The translations under genes and the position numbers were made by a program. A stretch of 22,332 nucleotides of DNA. It comes from Myxococcota bacterium (GTDB lineage Bacteria > Myxococcota > JACRCW01). The notes beneath the pieces were generated by a model. It was not told where the DNA came from. It was given only the letters and a program-made list of their open reading frames with translations, and did not search any database. Position 1 is the stretch's first letter. Every line of letters begins with the position of its first letter. The DNA lies in assembly GCA_040752415.1 (NCBI GenBank), contig JBFMGU010000179.1, positions 1-22,332 of the forward strand, given 5' to 3'. This document shows, one piece after another, positions 1 to 9,127 of the stretch.

Positions 1-104
1 TGGCCGGCCGGCGGCATGACATGCCGGCCGGCCACAACCGATCATGATGGTGCTGTTCTCGTCGTCGTTCCGCGGACATGCGGCCACGGACCTGTATCGC
101 CGCA

Positions 105-188
105 CGCACGACCGCACACGCACGACTGCACGCGTGCGACCGCGTACGCACGACCGCACACGCACGACCTCGCACGCGCGACCACGCA
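105..188. repeat. Degenerate 14-bp tandem repeat, 6 units (consensus ~CGCACGACCGCACA)
   Basis: Units: 105-118 cgcacgaccgcaca, 119-132 cgcacgactgcacg, 133-146 cgtgcgaccgcgta, 147-160 cgcacgaccgcaca, 161-174 cgcacgacctcgca, 175-188 cgcgcgaccacgca. An exact 23-bp direct repeat lies at 104-126 and 146-168. Confidence 0.8.
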
Positions 189-586
189 GGCGGAATCACT
201 CCCAGCAACCCATGCGCTCCTTTGTCCTATGACGTCGTCAGCAAGCTCCCTGAACCCCTCTGCCCAAAGCGTGACCGCACGCAAGAGTTATGCGGCCCAT
301 GCGGCTGCTGGGCCGCCGGAAGCCGAGCTACACAAACCAAACAACGCCTATGCTCCATGAACTACATCGTGAAGGCGAGCCTGTGCCACTTGGCCCTTTT
401 GGGACGCACCCGATTTCGCCCGTCTCCACGAGGCGCCGGCATGCGCTTGCGCGAGGTGAACTCGCCGTGGCGCTGGAGGGGTGGTGCCAGCCCCAGCGGT
501 CGCGTCTCCTGGGCCGAGTTGAAGTCGTGATGGCGCGACCGTTGGGAGCTCCAAGCGCGCTCGCGCGTCTGCTATTTGCTGCTTCC

Positions 587-2791
587 ATGCGGCGCGCGCT
601 TCGGGTGAGCCTGCTCACGGTGTGTTCGGGCGTCCTGCTCCTGGGTGTGGCGGTCCATTGCACGCCGCTGCCCCGTGAAGTGCGGCAACCGCCGCGCTCC
701 ACCCGCGTCACCGCCCGAGACGGCACGCTGCTCCATGAAGCGCTCTCCAGCGCCAACACCCGCGGCGGACCGCTGCCGCTCACGTCCATCAGCCCGCATC
801 TCGTCAACGCGACGCTCGCGAGCGAAGACCACCGCTTCTTCCAACACCTCGGCGTGGATCCCCTCTCGCTCCTGCGCGCGACGTGGTTGAACCTGCGCGC
901 CGGTCGCGTGGCGTATGGCGGTTCCACCATCACCCAGCAGCTCGCGCGGTTGGCCTTTCCCGGTCCCCGCACGCTCACCCAGAAGCTGCGGGAGGCGTGG
1001 TGGGCGCTGGTGATCGAAGCGCACCTCACCAAGGCCGAGATCCTGGAGCAGTACCTGGCGCGCGCGCCCTATGGTGGGCTGCTCGTCGGTGCGGAGGCCG
1101 CGGCGCGGGCGTACTTTGGAAAACCCGCGCTGCAGCTCAGCCTGGCGGAAGCCTCGCTGCTGGCGGCGCTCCCGCGGGCTCCCGACCGCTATGACCTGCG
1201 GAAAGGCGAGGGCCAGGCGCTGCGCCGACGAGACCACATCCTGGACCTCATGGTGGCGCGGGGCATGATCACCTCCGTCGACGCGGAGCTGGCCCGCGCC
1301 GAACCCCTGGCGCGTGGCAACCACGGAAGTCCCATGCGCGCGCCGCACGCGGTGCGGTGGATCCTCTCGCGGACTCCGTCGGACCAGGGTGAGGTGCGCA
1401 CCACGTTGGACCCCGCGTTGCAGGAGCGCGCCGAGACGTTGGTGGCGCAGCTCGTTGAGGAAATGCGGGAACGTGGGGCCACGCAGGCTGCGGCGCTGGT
1501 GGTGGAAGTGCCCACCGGAAGAATCCGGGCCTACGTGGGAAGCGCGGACTTCCTGGACGCGGAGAACCATGGCCAGGTCGACGGCACCCGCGCGCGAAGG
1601 AGCCCCGGCAGCGCGCTCAAGCCGCTCATCTACGGCGCGGCGCTCGACCGCGACGCCACCCCCGCCACGCTGCTGACCGACCTGGCGGTGCCCCAGGCCG
1701 CGGAGCATGGTCAATACCTGCCGCGAAACTTCGACGAGCAGGAGCACGGGCCAGTGCTGCTGCGGTCCGCGCTCGCCAACAGCTACAACCTGGCCGCGGT
1801 GGACCTGGCGTCCCGTCTCGGCGCAAACACGCTGCTCGACATCCTGCGACGCTTCCGGATGGAGCCGCCGGATGTGGCGCCCGCGGAGCTGGGCCTGGGC
1901 GTCATGTTGGGAGGCGTGGACGTGCGCATGCAAGACCTGGCCGCGGCGTACCTGGCCCTGGCGCGCGGAGGATCCTGGGTACCGCTCACCATGACGTCGT
2001 CAGCGGACCCGGCTGGGATCCCGGTCCTCTCACCGCAGGCGGCGTACCTGCTGGCCGACATCCTCGGTGACGACGTGGCACGGAGCCCGAGCTTTGGTCG
2101 CCACGGCGCGCTGCACCTGCCATTTGCGGCCTCGGTCAAGACCGGGACCAGCAAGGACTTCCGGGACAACTGGGCCGTGGGTTTCACCACGCGGTACCTG
2201 GTGGCGACGTGGGCGGGAGATTTCGCCGGTCGGCCCATGCGCGGGGTCAGCGGGGTCACGGGGGCGGGCACGCTGTGGCACCGGCTGATGCGCGCGGTCC
2301 ACGCCGAGGAAGAGCCGCCGCCACGCGCCCGGCCGGGCGGGTTGACCGAGGTGGAGATCTGCGCGCTTTCCGGCGCGTTGCCGGGACGCGCGTGCCCGCA
2401 CCGTCGTCATGAGCTGTTCCGCCAAGGCACCGCGCCCAGGTCCTTGTGCGCGTTCCACACGCCGGGCGGAGTGGTCCTGCCCGCGCCATTCCAGCGCTGG
2501 GCCGAGCAGGTGGGCCTCTCCGACTGCTCCCACAGCGACGAGCTCCGCGTGCTCCATCCCCACGACGGCGCGGTGTTCCGGATCGACCGCGATCGCCCGC
2601 TCGCCGGTCGCGGCCTGACCCTGGCCGTGAGCGGTCCCGCCGACCAGCTCGTCGAGCTCCGGCTCGATTCCCAGCCTCTCGGGCGACAGCGCGGTGGCCT
2701 GCGCGTCGTGTGGACGCCGGTGGCCGGAACGCACCGCGTGGAGGCCGTGGCGGGAGACCAGACCGTCAGCGCCGCCTTCACCGTCCAGTGA
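587..2791 (+). CDS. pbpC: Penicillin-binding protein 1C (bifunctional transglycosylase/transpeptidase)
   Basis: GT51 motifs EDHRFFQHLGVD, GGSTITQQLAR and QKLREA..IEAHLTKAEILEQYL. Transpeptidase motifs SxxK (GSALK), SxN (SYN) and KTG (KTGTS). PBP1C-type C-terminal region CALSGALPGRACP followed by a beta-rich tail. The ORF is open from 290, but the first ~80-100 aa look non-coding. ATG 587 gives a basic N-terminus plus a hydrophobic anchor (MRRALRVSLLTVCSGVLLLGVAV); ATG 530 is an alternative start. Confidence 0.92.
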   Translation: MRRALRVSLLTVCSGVLLLGVAVHCTPLPREVRQPPRSTRVTARDGTLLHEALSSANTRGGPLPLTSISPHLVNATLASEDHRFFQHLGVDPLSLLRATWLNLRAGRVAYGGSTITQQLARLAFPGPRTLTQKLREAWWALVIEAHLTKAEILEQYLARAPYGGLLVGAEAAARAYFGKPALQLSLAEASLLAALPRAPDRYDLRKGEGQALRRRDHILDLMVARGMITSVDAELARAEPLARGNHGSPMRAPHAVRWILSRTPSDQGEVRTTLDPALQERAETLVAQLVEEMRERGATQAAALVVEVPTGRIRAYVGSADFLDAENHGQVDGTRARRSPGSALKPLIYGAALDRDATPATLLTDLAVPQAAEHGQYLPRNFDEQEHGPVLLRSALANSYNLAAVDLASRLGANTLLDILRRFRMEPPDVAPAELGLGVMLGGVDVRMQDLAAAYLALARGGSWVPLTMTSSADPAGIPVLSPQAAYLLADILGDDVARSPSFGRHGALHLPFAASVKTGTSKDFRDNWAVGFTTRYLVATWAGDFAGRPMRGVSGVTGAGTLWHRLMRAVHAEEEPPPRARPGGLTEVEICALSGALPGRACPHRRHELFRQGTAPRSLCAFHTPGGVVLPAPFQRWAEQVGLSDCSHSDELRVLHPHDGAVFRIDRDRPLAGRGLTLAVSGPADQLVELRLDSQPLGRQRGGLRVVWTPVAGTHRVEAVAGDQTVSAAFTVQ

Positions 2792-3002
2792 GCGCCGGTC
2801 GGTCCATGCGGTCCACATCATTAGCCCAAGCACGAAGATCACGCGCCACGCTGCGCATCGTGGTGGTCCGCAAGAGCGAAGGGACATGTCTCTACCGTCG
2901 TCACCGGCCAGCCCTGTGTGCGGGTGGGCCGGACGGGCGCGTTTCACGAAGATTAGGGAACGACAAAGTCGTGGCATTGGGCAGGTGGAGACGGCGGGGC
3001 GC

Positions 3003-3030
3003 TTGCGCGCGGTTCCTCCCCGGGTAGGCT
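3003..3030 (+). promoter_or_regulatory. Candidate sigma70-type promoter of the SWIM/MoxR/vWA operon
   Basis: TTGCGC (3003-3008), 16-bp spacer, TAGGCT (3025-3030). It ends 10 nt before ATG 3041 and there is no Shine-Dalgarno, implying a very short leader. Confidence 0.4.
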
Positions 3031-3040
3031 CGTCGGTGGC

Positions 3041-4345
3041 ATGTGGACCGAGGAACAGATTGTGCCGCTTGCGCTCGACCCTGCGTCGGCGCGGGCGGGT
3101 GCGGAGCTGGCTGTGGCGGCGCGTTGGACCGCGCTGGTGGCCAGCGAGACAGCCATCTCCGGCGTGTGCCAGGGCGGCGGGACGCCGTACCGGGTCGCGG
3201 TGGCGCTGCATGGCCCCCTGATTCTCTGCTCCTGTCCGAGCCGGAAGCGGCCCTGCAAACATGGTCTGGCGCTGTTGCTTCTCCATGTGCGCGACCGGGC
3301 GGCGTTCTCCGACGGAGCGCATCCGTCATGGGCGCTGGAATGGCTGGCGCCGAGCACGGGTCGCAAGGCGGAACGCGGCGACAAGGCCGTCGACACCGAG
3401 GCCAAGGCGAAGCGCGTGGCGGACCGTGAGGCCAAGGTCGCGGCGGGTGTCGGCGAGCTGCAGCGTTGGCTCGCGGACCTGGTGATCCACGGCATCGCCG
3501 ACGCGCCCGCGCGTGAAGGCGCGTTCTGGGAGGGAATGGCCGCACGTCTCGTCGACGCCCAGGCCCCCGGGCTGGCGCGGCGCGTGCGCGACCTTGCCGA
3601 CGTGGCCACCTCCGGCGTGGGATGGCAGGAGCGCATGCTCTTGCGGTTGGGAAGATTGCATCTCCTCGTGGAGGCGTATCCGCGCCAGGATGCGTTGCCG
3701 GCCGACCTGCGAGCAGAGGTGCGCGCGCAGGTGGGCTGGACGCAGAGCCAGGAGGAACTGATGGCGCAGGACGGCGTGCGCGACCAGTGGCAGGTCCTCG
3801 GCACCTCTTTCGATGACGATGGACACCTGCGCACGCGGCGGCAGTGGTTGGCGGGCGTGTCGTCGGGAAGGCATGCGTTGGTGTTGACCTTTGCGGTGGG
3901 AAACCAGCCCTTCATGGCCGCGCCGCCGGTGGGAACCCGGCTGGACGCGGAGCTGGTGTTCTTCCCCGGCGCCAGTCCCATGCGCGCGTTGATCAAGGAG
4001 ATTCTCAGCGCGCCCACGCCGGTGACGACGGTGAAGAGCCTGGCAGGCGTCGCCGGGTTGCACGCGCTCCGCGCGGAGATGCTCGCCAGCAATCCGTGGC
4101 GGGACGTGCTGCCGGCCACCCTTTCCAGCGTGATCCCGGTGCGGGACGGGGAGCGTTGGCTGTTGCGCGACGCCGGGGGTGCGTCGTTGCGGCTACCCAA
4201 CGCCTTCACACGTGGCTGGGAGCTGTTGGCGATCTCCGGCGGACACCCCATCACCATCTTCGGCGAAGCGCGTGACGACGAGATCCTGCCGCTCAGCATC
4301 CTGACGGAAGGAAGGCTCGTCGCGCTGACGCAGGAGCTGGAATGA
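3041..4345 (+). CDS. SWIM zinc finger protein (YehQ-like component)
   Basis: SWIM motif CxC-x(n)-CxH as CSCPSRKRPCKH, preceded by GVCQGGGTPYRV, with downstream FWEGMAARLVDAQAPGLA. The stop overlaps the next start (ATGA, 4342-4345). Confidence 0.88.
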   Translation: MWTEEQIVPLALDPASARAGAELAVAARWTALVASETAISGVCQGGGTPYRVAVALHGPLILCSCPSRKRPCKHGLALLLLHVRDRAAFSDGAHPSWALEWLAPSTGRKAERGDKAVDTEAKAKRVADREAKVAAGVGELQRWLADLVIHGIADAPAREGAFWEGMAARLVDAQAPGLARRVRDLADVATSGVGWQERMLLRLGRLHLLVEAYPRQDALPADLRAEVRAQVGWTQSQEELMAQDGVRDQWQVLGTSFDDDGHLRTRRQWLAGVSSGRHALVLTFAVGNQPFMAAPPVGTRLDAELVFFPGASPMRALIKEILSAPTPVTTVKSLAGVAGLHALRAEMLASNPWRDVLPATLSSVIPVRDGERWLLRDAGGASLRLPNAFTRGWELLAISGGHPITIFGEARDDEILPLSILTEGRLVALTQELE

Positions 4346-5847
4346 CCGCGGACCGCCTCTGGGCCGAGCTCACCCGCGTGGCGTTGATGGGCACCGCGCG
4401 CCAGCCGCCCGCGTGGCCCGCGCTCGAAGGGCCATTGGGCGAGGTGTTGGGCGCGCTCAGGTCGCAGCCCGTCGAGAAGGCGATGTTGTCGGCGTGCGCC
4501 GCGGTGGCGCTCTACCGTCGTGCCGGTGCGCTTCCCACCGTCCTCACCGAGGCGCCGCCGGTTCCCGCGCCCGACGAGCGGCGTCCGGTGTGCAACGCCA
4601 AGGCCGCCCAGCTTCTCCTCACCATGTTGGACGGCCATCACACCGACGTGCTCCCGGAGTGGCTCACCCGGGCGGCGGTGGCCGGGGTTCGCGTGCCCCA
4701 TGCCCAGCTCCCGCGCCTCCTCGATCTCGCGCTCAGCCAGGCAGGCCTGCGTGACGTCGTCACCCAGGTGGCAGGTGCGCGCGGGGCGTGGTTGGCGGAC
4801 CAGAACCCGGCTTGGCGCGCAGCCACGCTGGCTCCACCGGAAGTGGACTGGGACACCGCGTCCCGCGACGAGCGGATGCGTTGGCTGCAGCACCTGCGTC
4901 GCACGGAGGCGGCGCGGGCGCGCGCGCTGGTGCAATCCACCTGGGCCCAGGAGGCCGCGGAGGAGCGGCAGGCGCAGCTCGCGTTGTTCCTCACCGGCCT
5001 CGGTCCCGACGACGAGCCTTTCCTGGAGTCCGCTCTCGACGACCGGAGCAAGAACGTGCGTCGTATTGCGGCGGACCTGCTCTCCCGCCTTCCCTCGTCA
5101 CGGTTGTGCCAGCGGATGACCGCGCGCGTGCTCGCGTTGCTCCAGCACGACCACCAGCGGCTGAACCTGCGCCTGCCCACCACCTGTGATCGGGAGATGC
5201 AACGTGACGGCGTGGAGCCCAAGGCCAGGAGCGGCGTGGGCGAGCGTGCGGGATGGATGATGCAGATGATCACCGCGGTTCCTCCGTCGACGTGGTCGCG
5301 CGAGCTGGGAGCCACCGCCGCCGAGCTGGTGCGCGCCGCGCGGGAAGGTGAGTGGGAAGCGTTGTGGCTGGAATCCTGGGCCGAGGCGGCGGTGCGGCAC
5401 CGGGATGGTGTCTGGGCGGAGGCGTTGTTGGCGTCGTCGCCCAAGCAGCGCGTGGAATTGCCCGCGGAGAGTCTCATCAAGCTGGTGCCCCCGGACCGAC
5501 GGGAGGCGCTGTTCCTCAAGTGGCTGAAGTCGCCCGCCAACGCGCCCAAGGTGCTGCGCGTGATGTTGCACCACCAGGATCCGTGGAGCCCAGAGCTGAC
5601 GCGCGCCACGCTCGAGTCCCTGCGCCATCTCCTCGCCAACGCGGACCGCAACACCGCGTGGGCCATCCGGCCGCTGCTGCAGCGTTTCGCGCTCCACATG
5701 GACCTCAGCGCGCTGGCGTGGCTGGATACGATCCGTCCCGTCGATCCTCGTGCGCTGGCGCAGTGGCTGCAGGTATGGGGCAAGTGCCAGGGGACGCTCT
5801 ATTTCCGCGCTGAAATCCACCGCGCCATCCCGACGGAGAAGCCATGA
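4342..5847 (+). CDS. DUF5691-like alpha-helical protein with a HEAT-like repeat
   Basis: 501 aa, Ala/Leu/Trp-rich. N-terminal WAELTRVALMGT, GARGAWLADQNPAW, and HEAT-like LGPDDEPFLESALDDRSKNVRRIAADLLSRL. ATGA overlaps at both ends. The family name is from recall of motif and context. Confidence 0.8.
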   Translation: MTADRLWAELTRVALMGTARQPPAWPALEGPLGEVLGALRSQPVEKAMLSACAAVALYRRAGALPTVLTEAPPVPAPDERRPVCNAKAAQLLLTMLDGHHTDVLPEWLTRAAVAGVRVPHAQLPRLLDLALSQAGLRDVVTQVAGARGAWLADQNPAWRAATLAPPEVDWDTASRDERMRWLQHLRRTEAARARALVQSTWAQEAAEERQAQLALFLTGLGPDDEPFLESALDDRSKNVRRIAADLLSRLPSSRLCQRMTARVLALLQHDHQRLNLRLPTTCDREMQRDGVEPKARSGVGERAGWMMQMITAVPPSTWSRELGATAAELVRAAREGEWEALWLESWAEAAVRHRDGVWAEALLASSPKQRVELPAESLIKLVPPDRREALFLKWLKSPANAPKVLRVMLHHQDPWSPELTRATLESLRHLLANADRNTAWAIRPLLQRFALHMDLSALAWLDTIRPVDPRALAQWLQVWGKCQGTLYFRAEIHRAIPTEKP

Positions 5848-6926
5848 CGGAAGTCCTGCGCCAACATGCCGAGAAGCTCTTTGCCGACGAGCTCGCCGCC
5901 CTCTCGCGTGCGGATGACAAGCCGCGTCCGCCGCAGTGGAAGCTCTCGCCCTGGGCGGTGACCACGTATCTCATGGGTGGCCGCCTCGACGACGGTACCG
6001 AGATCACGCCGAAGTACATCGGCCACCGGCGGCTCATCGAGATTGCGGTGGCCACGCTGACCACGGACCGCGCGGTGCTGCTGCTCGGCGTTCCCGGTAC
6101 GGCCAAGACGTGGGTGTCCGAGCATCTTGCCGCCGCCATCAGCGGGGATTCCTCGCTCATGGTGCAGGGAACCGCGGGCACGGGGGAGGAAGTCATCCGC
6201 TACGGGTGGAACTACGCGCGGCTGTTGGCGGAGGGCCCGTCGGAGAACGCGTTGGTTCCCAGTCCGGTGATGCGCGCCATGCGGGGAGGCAAGATTGCAC
6301 GCGTGGAGGAGCTCACCCGCATTCCCGCCGACGTGCAGGATGCCCTCATCACCATCCTCTCCGAGAAGGTCCTGCCCATTCCCGAGCTCAACAGCGAGGT
6401 CCTCGCGGTGCAGGGCTTCAACATCATCGCCACCGCCAACAACCGCGACCGTGGCGTCAATGAGCTGTCTAGTGCGCTCCGTCGTCGGTTCAACACCGTG
6501 GTGCTGCCGCTTCCCGACGACATCGCGCAGGAGATCGACATCGTCAGTCGACGGGTGCAGGCGCTGGGGGGTGCGTTGAAGCTGCCCGCGGAGGCACCGC
6601 CGCTGCCGGAGATCCGTCGGGTGGTGACCATCTTCCGGGAGCTGCGCAGTGGAATCACCGAGGACGGGAAGACCAAGGTCAAGACGCCCAGCGGTACCCT
6701 GAGCACCGCCGAGGCCATCTCGGTGGTGAGTCATGGCATGGCCCTCGCCACGCATTTTGGCGACGGACAGCTCAAAGCCTCCGACCTCGCCGCGGGATTG
6801 CTCGGCGCGGTGGTGAAGGACCCGGTGCAGGACCGCGTGGTGTGGAAGGAGTATCTCGAGACGGTGGTGAAGGAGCGCGAGGGTTGGAAGGACATCTACC
6901 GCGCGTGTCGGGACGTCACGGAATGA
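5844..6926 (+). CDS. MoxR-clade AAA+ ATPase (YehL-like, AAA_5)
   Basis: Walker A GVPGTAKT, Walker B IARVEE, sensor-1 IATAN, arginine finger SALRRRF. GGAG precedes the start. ATGA coupling on both sides. Confidence 0.92.
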   Translation: MTEVLRQHAEKLFADELAALSRADDKPRPPQWKLSPWAVTTYLMGGRLDDGTEITPKYIGHRRLIEIAVATLTTDRAVLLLGVPGTAKTWVSEHLAAAISGDSSLMVQGTAGTGEEVIRYGWNYARLLAEGPSENALVPSPVMRAMRGGKIARVEELTRIPADVQDALITILSEKVLPIPELNSEVLAVQGFNIIATANNRDRGVNELSSALRRRFNTVVLPLPDDIAQEIDIVSRRVQALGGALKLPAEAPPLPEIRRVVTIFRELRSGITEDGKTKVKTPSGTLSTAEAISVVSHGMALATHFGDGQLKASDLAAGLLGAVVKDPVQDRVVWKEYLETVVKEREGWKDIYRACRDVTE

Positions 6927-9127
6927 GCATCCACGTCTTTGGCATCCGGCATCATGGACCCGGTTCGGCCCGGAGTCTCCGTCGTGCGCTGGAGGAGCTG
7001 CGCCCGGACTGCGTGCTGGTGGAAGGTCCGCCCGACGCCAACGACGTCATCAAGCTCATCACGCATCCGCAGATGGAGCCGCCGGTGGCGCTGCTCATCC
7101 ACGCCGCCGACAATCCCAAGCGCGCCGTCTACTACCCTTTCGCCGTGTATTCGCCGGAGTGGCAGGCGCTGCACCATGCGCAGACGAACAACGTTCCCGC
7201 GCGCTTCATGGACCTTCCCCAGGCGCTGCGCATGGCCAACCGTCCCAATGAGGACGACGACGACTACCGCGGTCCGCGCGCCGACCCCCTCAAGTTCCTC
7301 GCCGAGGCCGCGGGGTACAGCGACAGCGAGCGCTGGTGGGAGCACATGGTGGAGGAGCGACGGGAAGGGACCGAGATCTTCCACGCCATCCTCGAGGCGA
7401 TGACCGCGTTGCGCGAGGCCATTCCCGAGCCACGTCGGGGATTCGAGCGCGAGCGTGAAGCGTACATGCGACAGACCATCCGCGCGGCGGAGAAGGAGGG
7501 CGCGCAGCGCGTGGCGGTGGTGTGTGGCGCGTGGCATGCGCCCGCGCTGGTCTCTCCCGGGCCCGCCAAGGACGACGCGGCGCTGCTCAAACCGCTGGCC
7601 AAGACCAAAGTGCAGGTGACCTGGGTTCCGTGGACCTACGGACGGCTCACGTTCGAGAGCGGTTACGGCGCGGGTGTGGAGGCGCCGGGCTGGTATCACC
7701 ACCTCTGGACCGAAGAACGGCACGTCACCGTCGGGTGGATGACGTTGGTGGCGCGTCTGCTGCGCGAGAAGGACCTCGACGCTTCCGCGGCGCACGCGGT
7801 GGAGGCGGTGCGGCTCGCCGACAACCTCGCGGCACTCCGTTCCCGGCCCATTCCGGGATTGCCGGAGATGATGGACGCGGCGCTCGCGGTGTTGGCGCAC
7901 GGGAACGAAGTGCCGCTCAAGCTGGTGCGACAGAAGCTGCTCGTCGGGGAACGCCTGGGCCGCGTCCCCGACGATGTCCCGACGGTGCCGCTGCACCAGG
8001 ACCTGGCGCGCCTGCAACGACGCCTGCGCCTCCCTCCCGACCCGGAGCCGCGCGAGATCGACCTGGACCTGCGCAAGCCCAACGACCTCGAGCGCAGCCA
8101 CATGCTGCACCGGTTGGAATTGCTGGGCATCACCTGGGGCGAGGAGCTGGAGGTCACCGGCAAGAGCGGCACCTTCCACGAATACTGGCGTCTCGAGTGG
8201 GAGCCGGAGCTGTCGCTGGCCATCATCGAGGCCAGTCGATTCGGCAATACCGTCGAGGACGCCGCCGCGGCGTACGTGCGCACGCACCAGGTGACGCAAG
8301 CGGACCTGCCCCGACTCACCGAGCTGTTGCAGAAGTCCCTCCTGGCCTCGCTACCCGACGCGGTGCACGCGGTGATGGAACGCCTGGAGAGCGCGGCCGC
8401 TTTGGCCAGCGACGTGTCCCTGCTGATGGATGCGCTGCCGCCGCTGGTGAACGTGCTCCGCTATGGCAACGTGCGGCAGACGGATGTGACGGTGGTGCGG
8501 CACGTTGTCGACGGGATGATGGCGCGCATCACCATCGGAATGCCCGGCGCGTGCACGTCCCTCGACGACGAGTCGGCGGAAGAGATGCTGGAGCGCATGC
8601 TGGCGGTGCACAACGCCGTGGCGCTGCTGAGAGAGGAAACGCATCTCGAAAGCTGGCAGGCGTTGATGCAGACGTTGATGGAGCAGCGCACGTTGCACGG
8701 GCTCATCGCCGGTCGGGCGTGTCGGATCCTGCTGGATGCGCGGCGGATGACGTCGGAGGAGGCGGCGCGCCGGTTGGGTCTTGCGCTTTCCACCGCGTCG
8801 GAGCCGCCTGCCGCCGCGGCGTGGCTCGACGGATTCCTGCGCAACAGCGGGGTGCTCCTGCTGCATGACGTCGAGCTGTGGAACGTCGTGGACGGGTGGC
8901 TGCACGGGCTGCAACCGCAGGCGTTCACCACGCTCCTGCCGCTGCTGCGCCGGACGTTCTCCACGTTCACGCCACCGGAACGTCGACAGATGGGTGAGCG
9001 CGCCAAACACTCCGGACCGGGAGCGCCGCGGCTTCAGGTGGTGGAAGGCGTGGATCCCGCGAGGGCGGAGCTGGTGCTGCCCGTGATCACCACGTTGCTG
9101 GGGTTGGAGGTGCGTCGTGGCGGATGA
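6923..9127 (+). CDS. DUF5682 / YehM-like protein
   Basis: Start placed at ATG 6923 (ATGA overlap with the AAA+ stop), giving MSIHVFGIRHHGPGSA. Motifs VLVEGPPDA, YYPFAVYSPEWQA, REAYM, VVCGAWH and SGYGAG. 734 aa. Confidence 0.87.
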   Translation: MSIHVFGIRHHGPGSARSLRRALEELRPDCVLVEGPPDANDVIKLITHPQMEPPVALLIHAADNPKRAVYYPFAVYSPEWQALHHAQTNNVPARFMDLPQALRMANRPNEDDDDYRGPRADPLKFLAEAAGYSDSERWWEHMVEERREGTEIFHAILEAMTALREAIPEPRRGFEREREAYMRQTIRAAEKEGAQRVAVVCGAWHAPALVSPGPAKDDAALLKPLAKTKVQVTWVPWTYGRLTFESGYGAGVEAPGWYHHLWTEERHVTVGWMTLVARLLREKDLDASAAHAVEAVRLADNLAALRSRPIPGLPEMMDAALAVLAHGNEVPLKLVRQKLLVGERLGRVPDDVPTVPLHQDLARLQRRLRLPPDPEPREIDLDLRKPNDLERSHMLHRLELLGITWGEELEVTGKSGTFHEYWRLEWEPELSLAIIEASRFGNTVEDAAAAYVRTHQVTQADLPRLTELLQKSLLASLPDAVHAVMERLESAAALASDVSLLMDALPPLVNVLRYGNVRQTDVTVVRHVVDGMMARITIGMPGACTSLDDESAEEMLERMLAVHNAVALLREETHLESWQALMQTLMEQRTLHGLIAGRACRILLDARRMTSEEAARRLGLALSTASEPPAAAAWLDGFLRNSGVLLLHDVELWNVVDGWLHGLQPQAFTTLLPLLRRTFSTFTPPERRQMGERAKHSGPGAPRLQVVEGVDPARAELVLPVITTLLGLEVRRGG

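Noticed and set aside
1..34. 12-bp inverted repeat TGGCCGGCCGGC / GCCGGCCGGCCA
   Set aside because: It is built from self-complementary low-complexity GGCC units, has no U-tract and sits at the window edge, so no function can be assigned.
105..188. Possible CRISPR array
   Set aside because: The units are contiguous 14-mers without unique spacers, and there are no cas genes in the window.
290..586. N-terminal extension of the PBP1C ORF, including LEGWCQPQRSRLLGRVEVV that faintly recalls an alpha-2-macroglobulin C-terminus
   Set aside because: Codon usage is atypical and the conserved E-x-M-Y-x-P motif is missing. The resemblance is too weak to call a pseudogene remnant.
2831..2953. Imperfect 18-bp palindrome (2846-2863) and a 9-bp direct repeat CACGAAGAT (2831, 2945) in the pbpC-SWIM intergenic region
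   Set aside because: These are short enough to arise by chance and match no operator I recognise.
2953..4935. 660-aa minus-strand ORF
   Set aside because: Antisense shadow of the SWIM and DUF5691-like genes, Arg/Ser/Pro-rich with no motifs. Such ORFs are expected in high-GC DNA.
6842..6922. Upstream extension of the DUF5682-like ORF
   Set aside because: It overlaps the AAA+ gene, and the ATGA-coupled start at 6923 gives the family-typical N-terminus.
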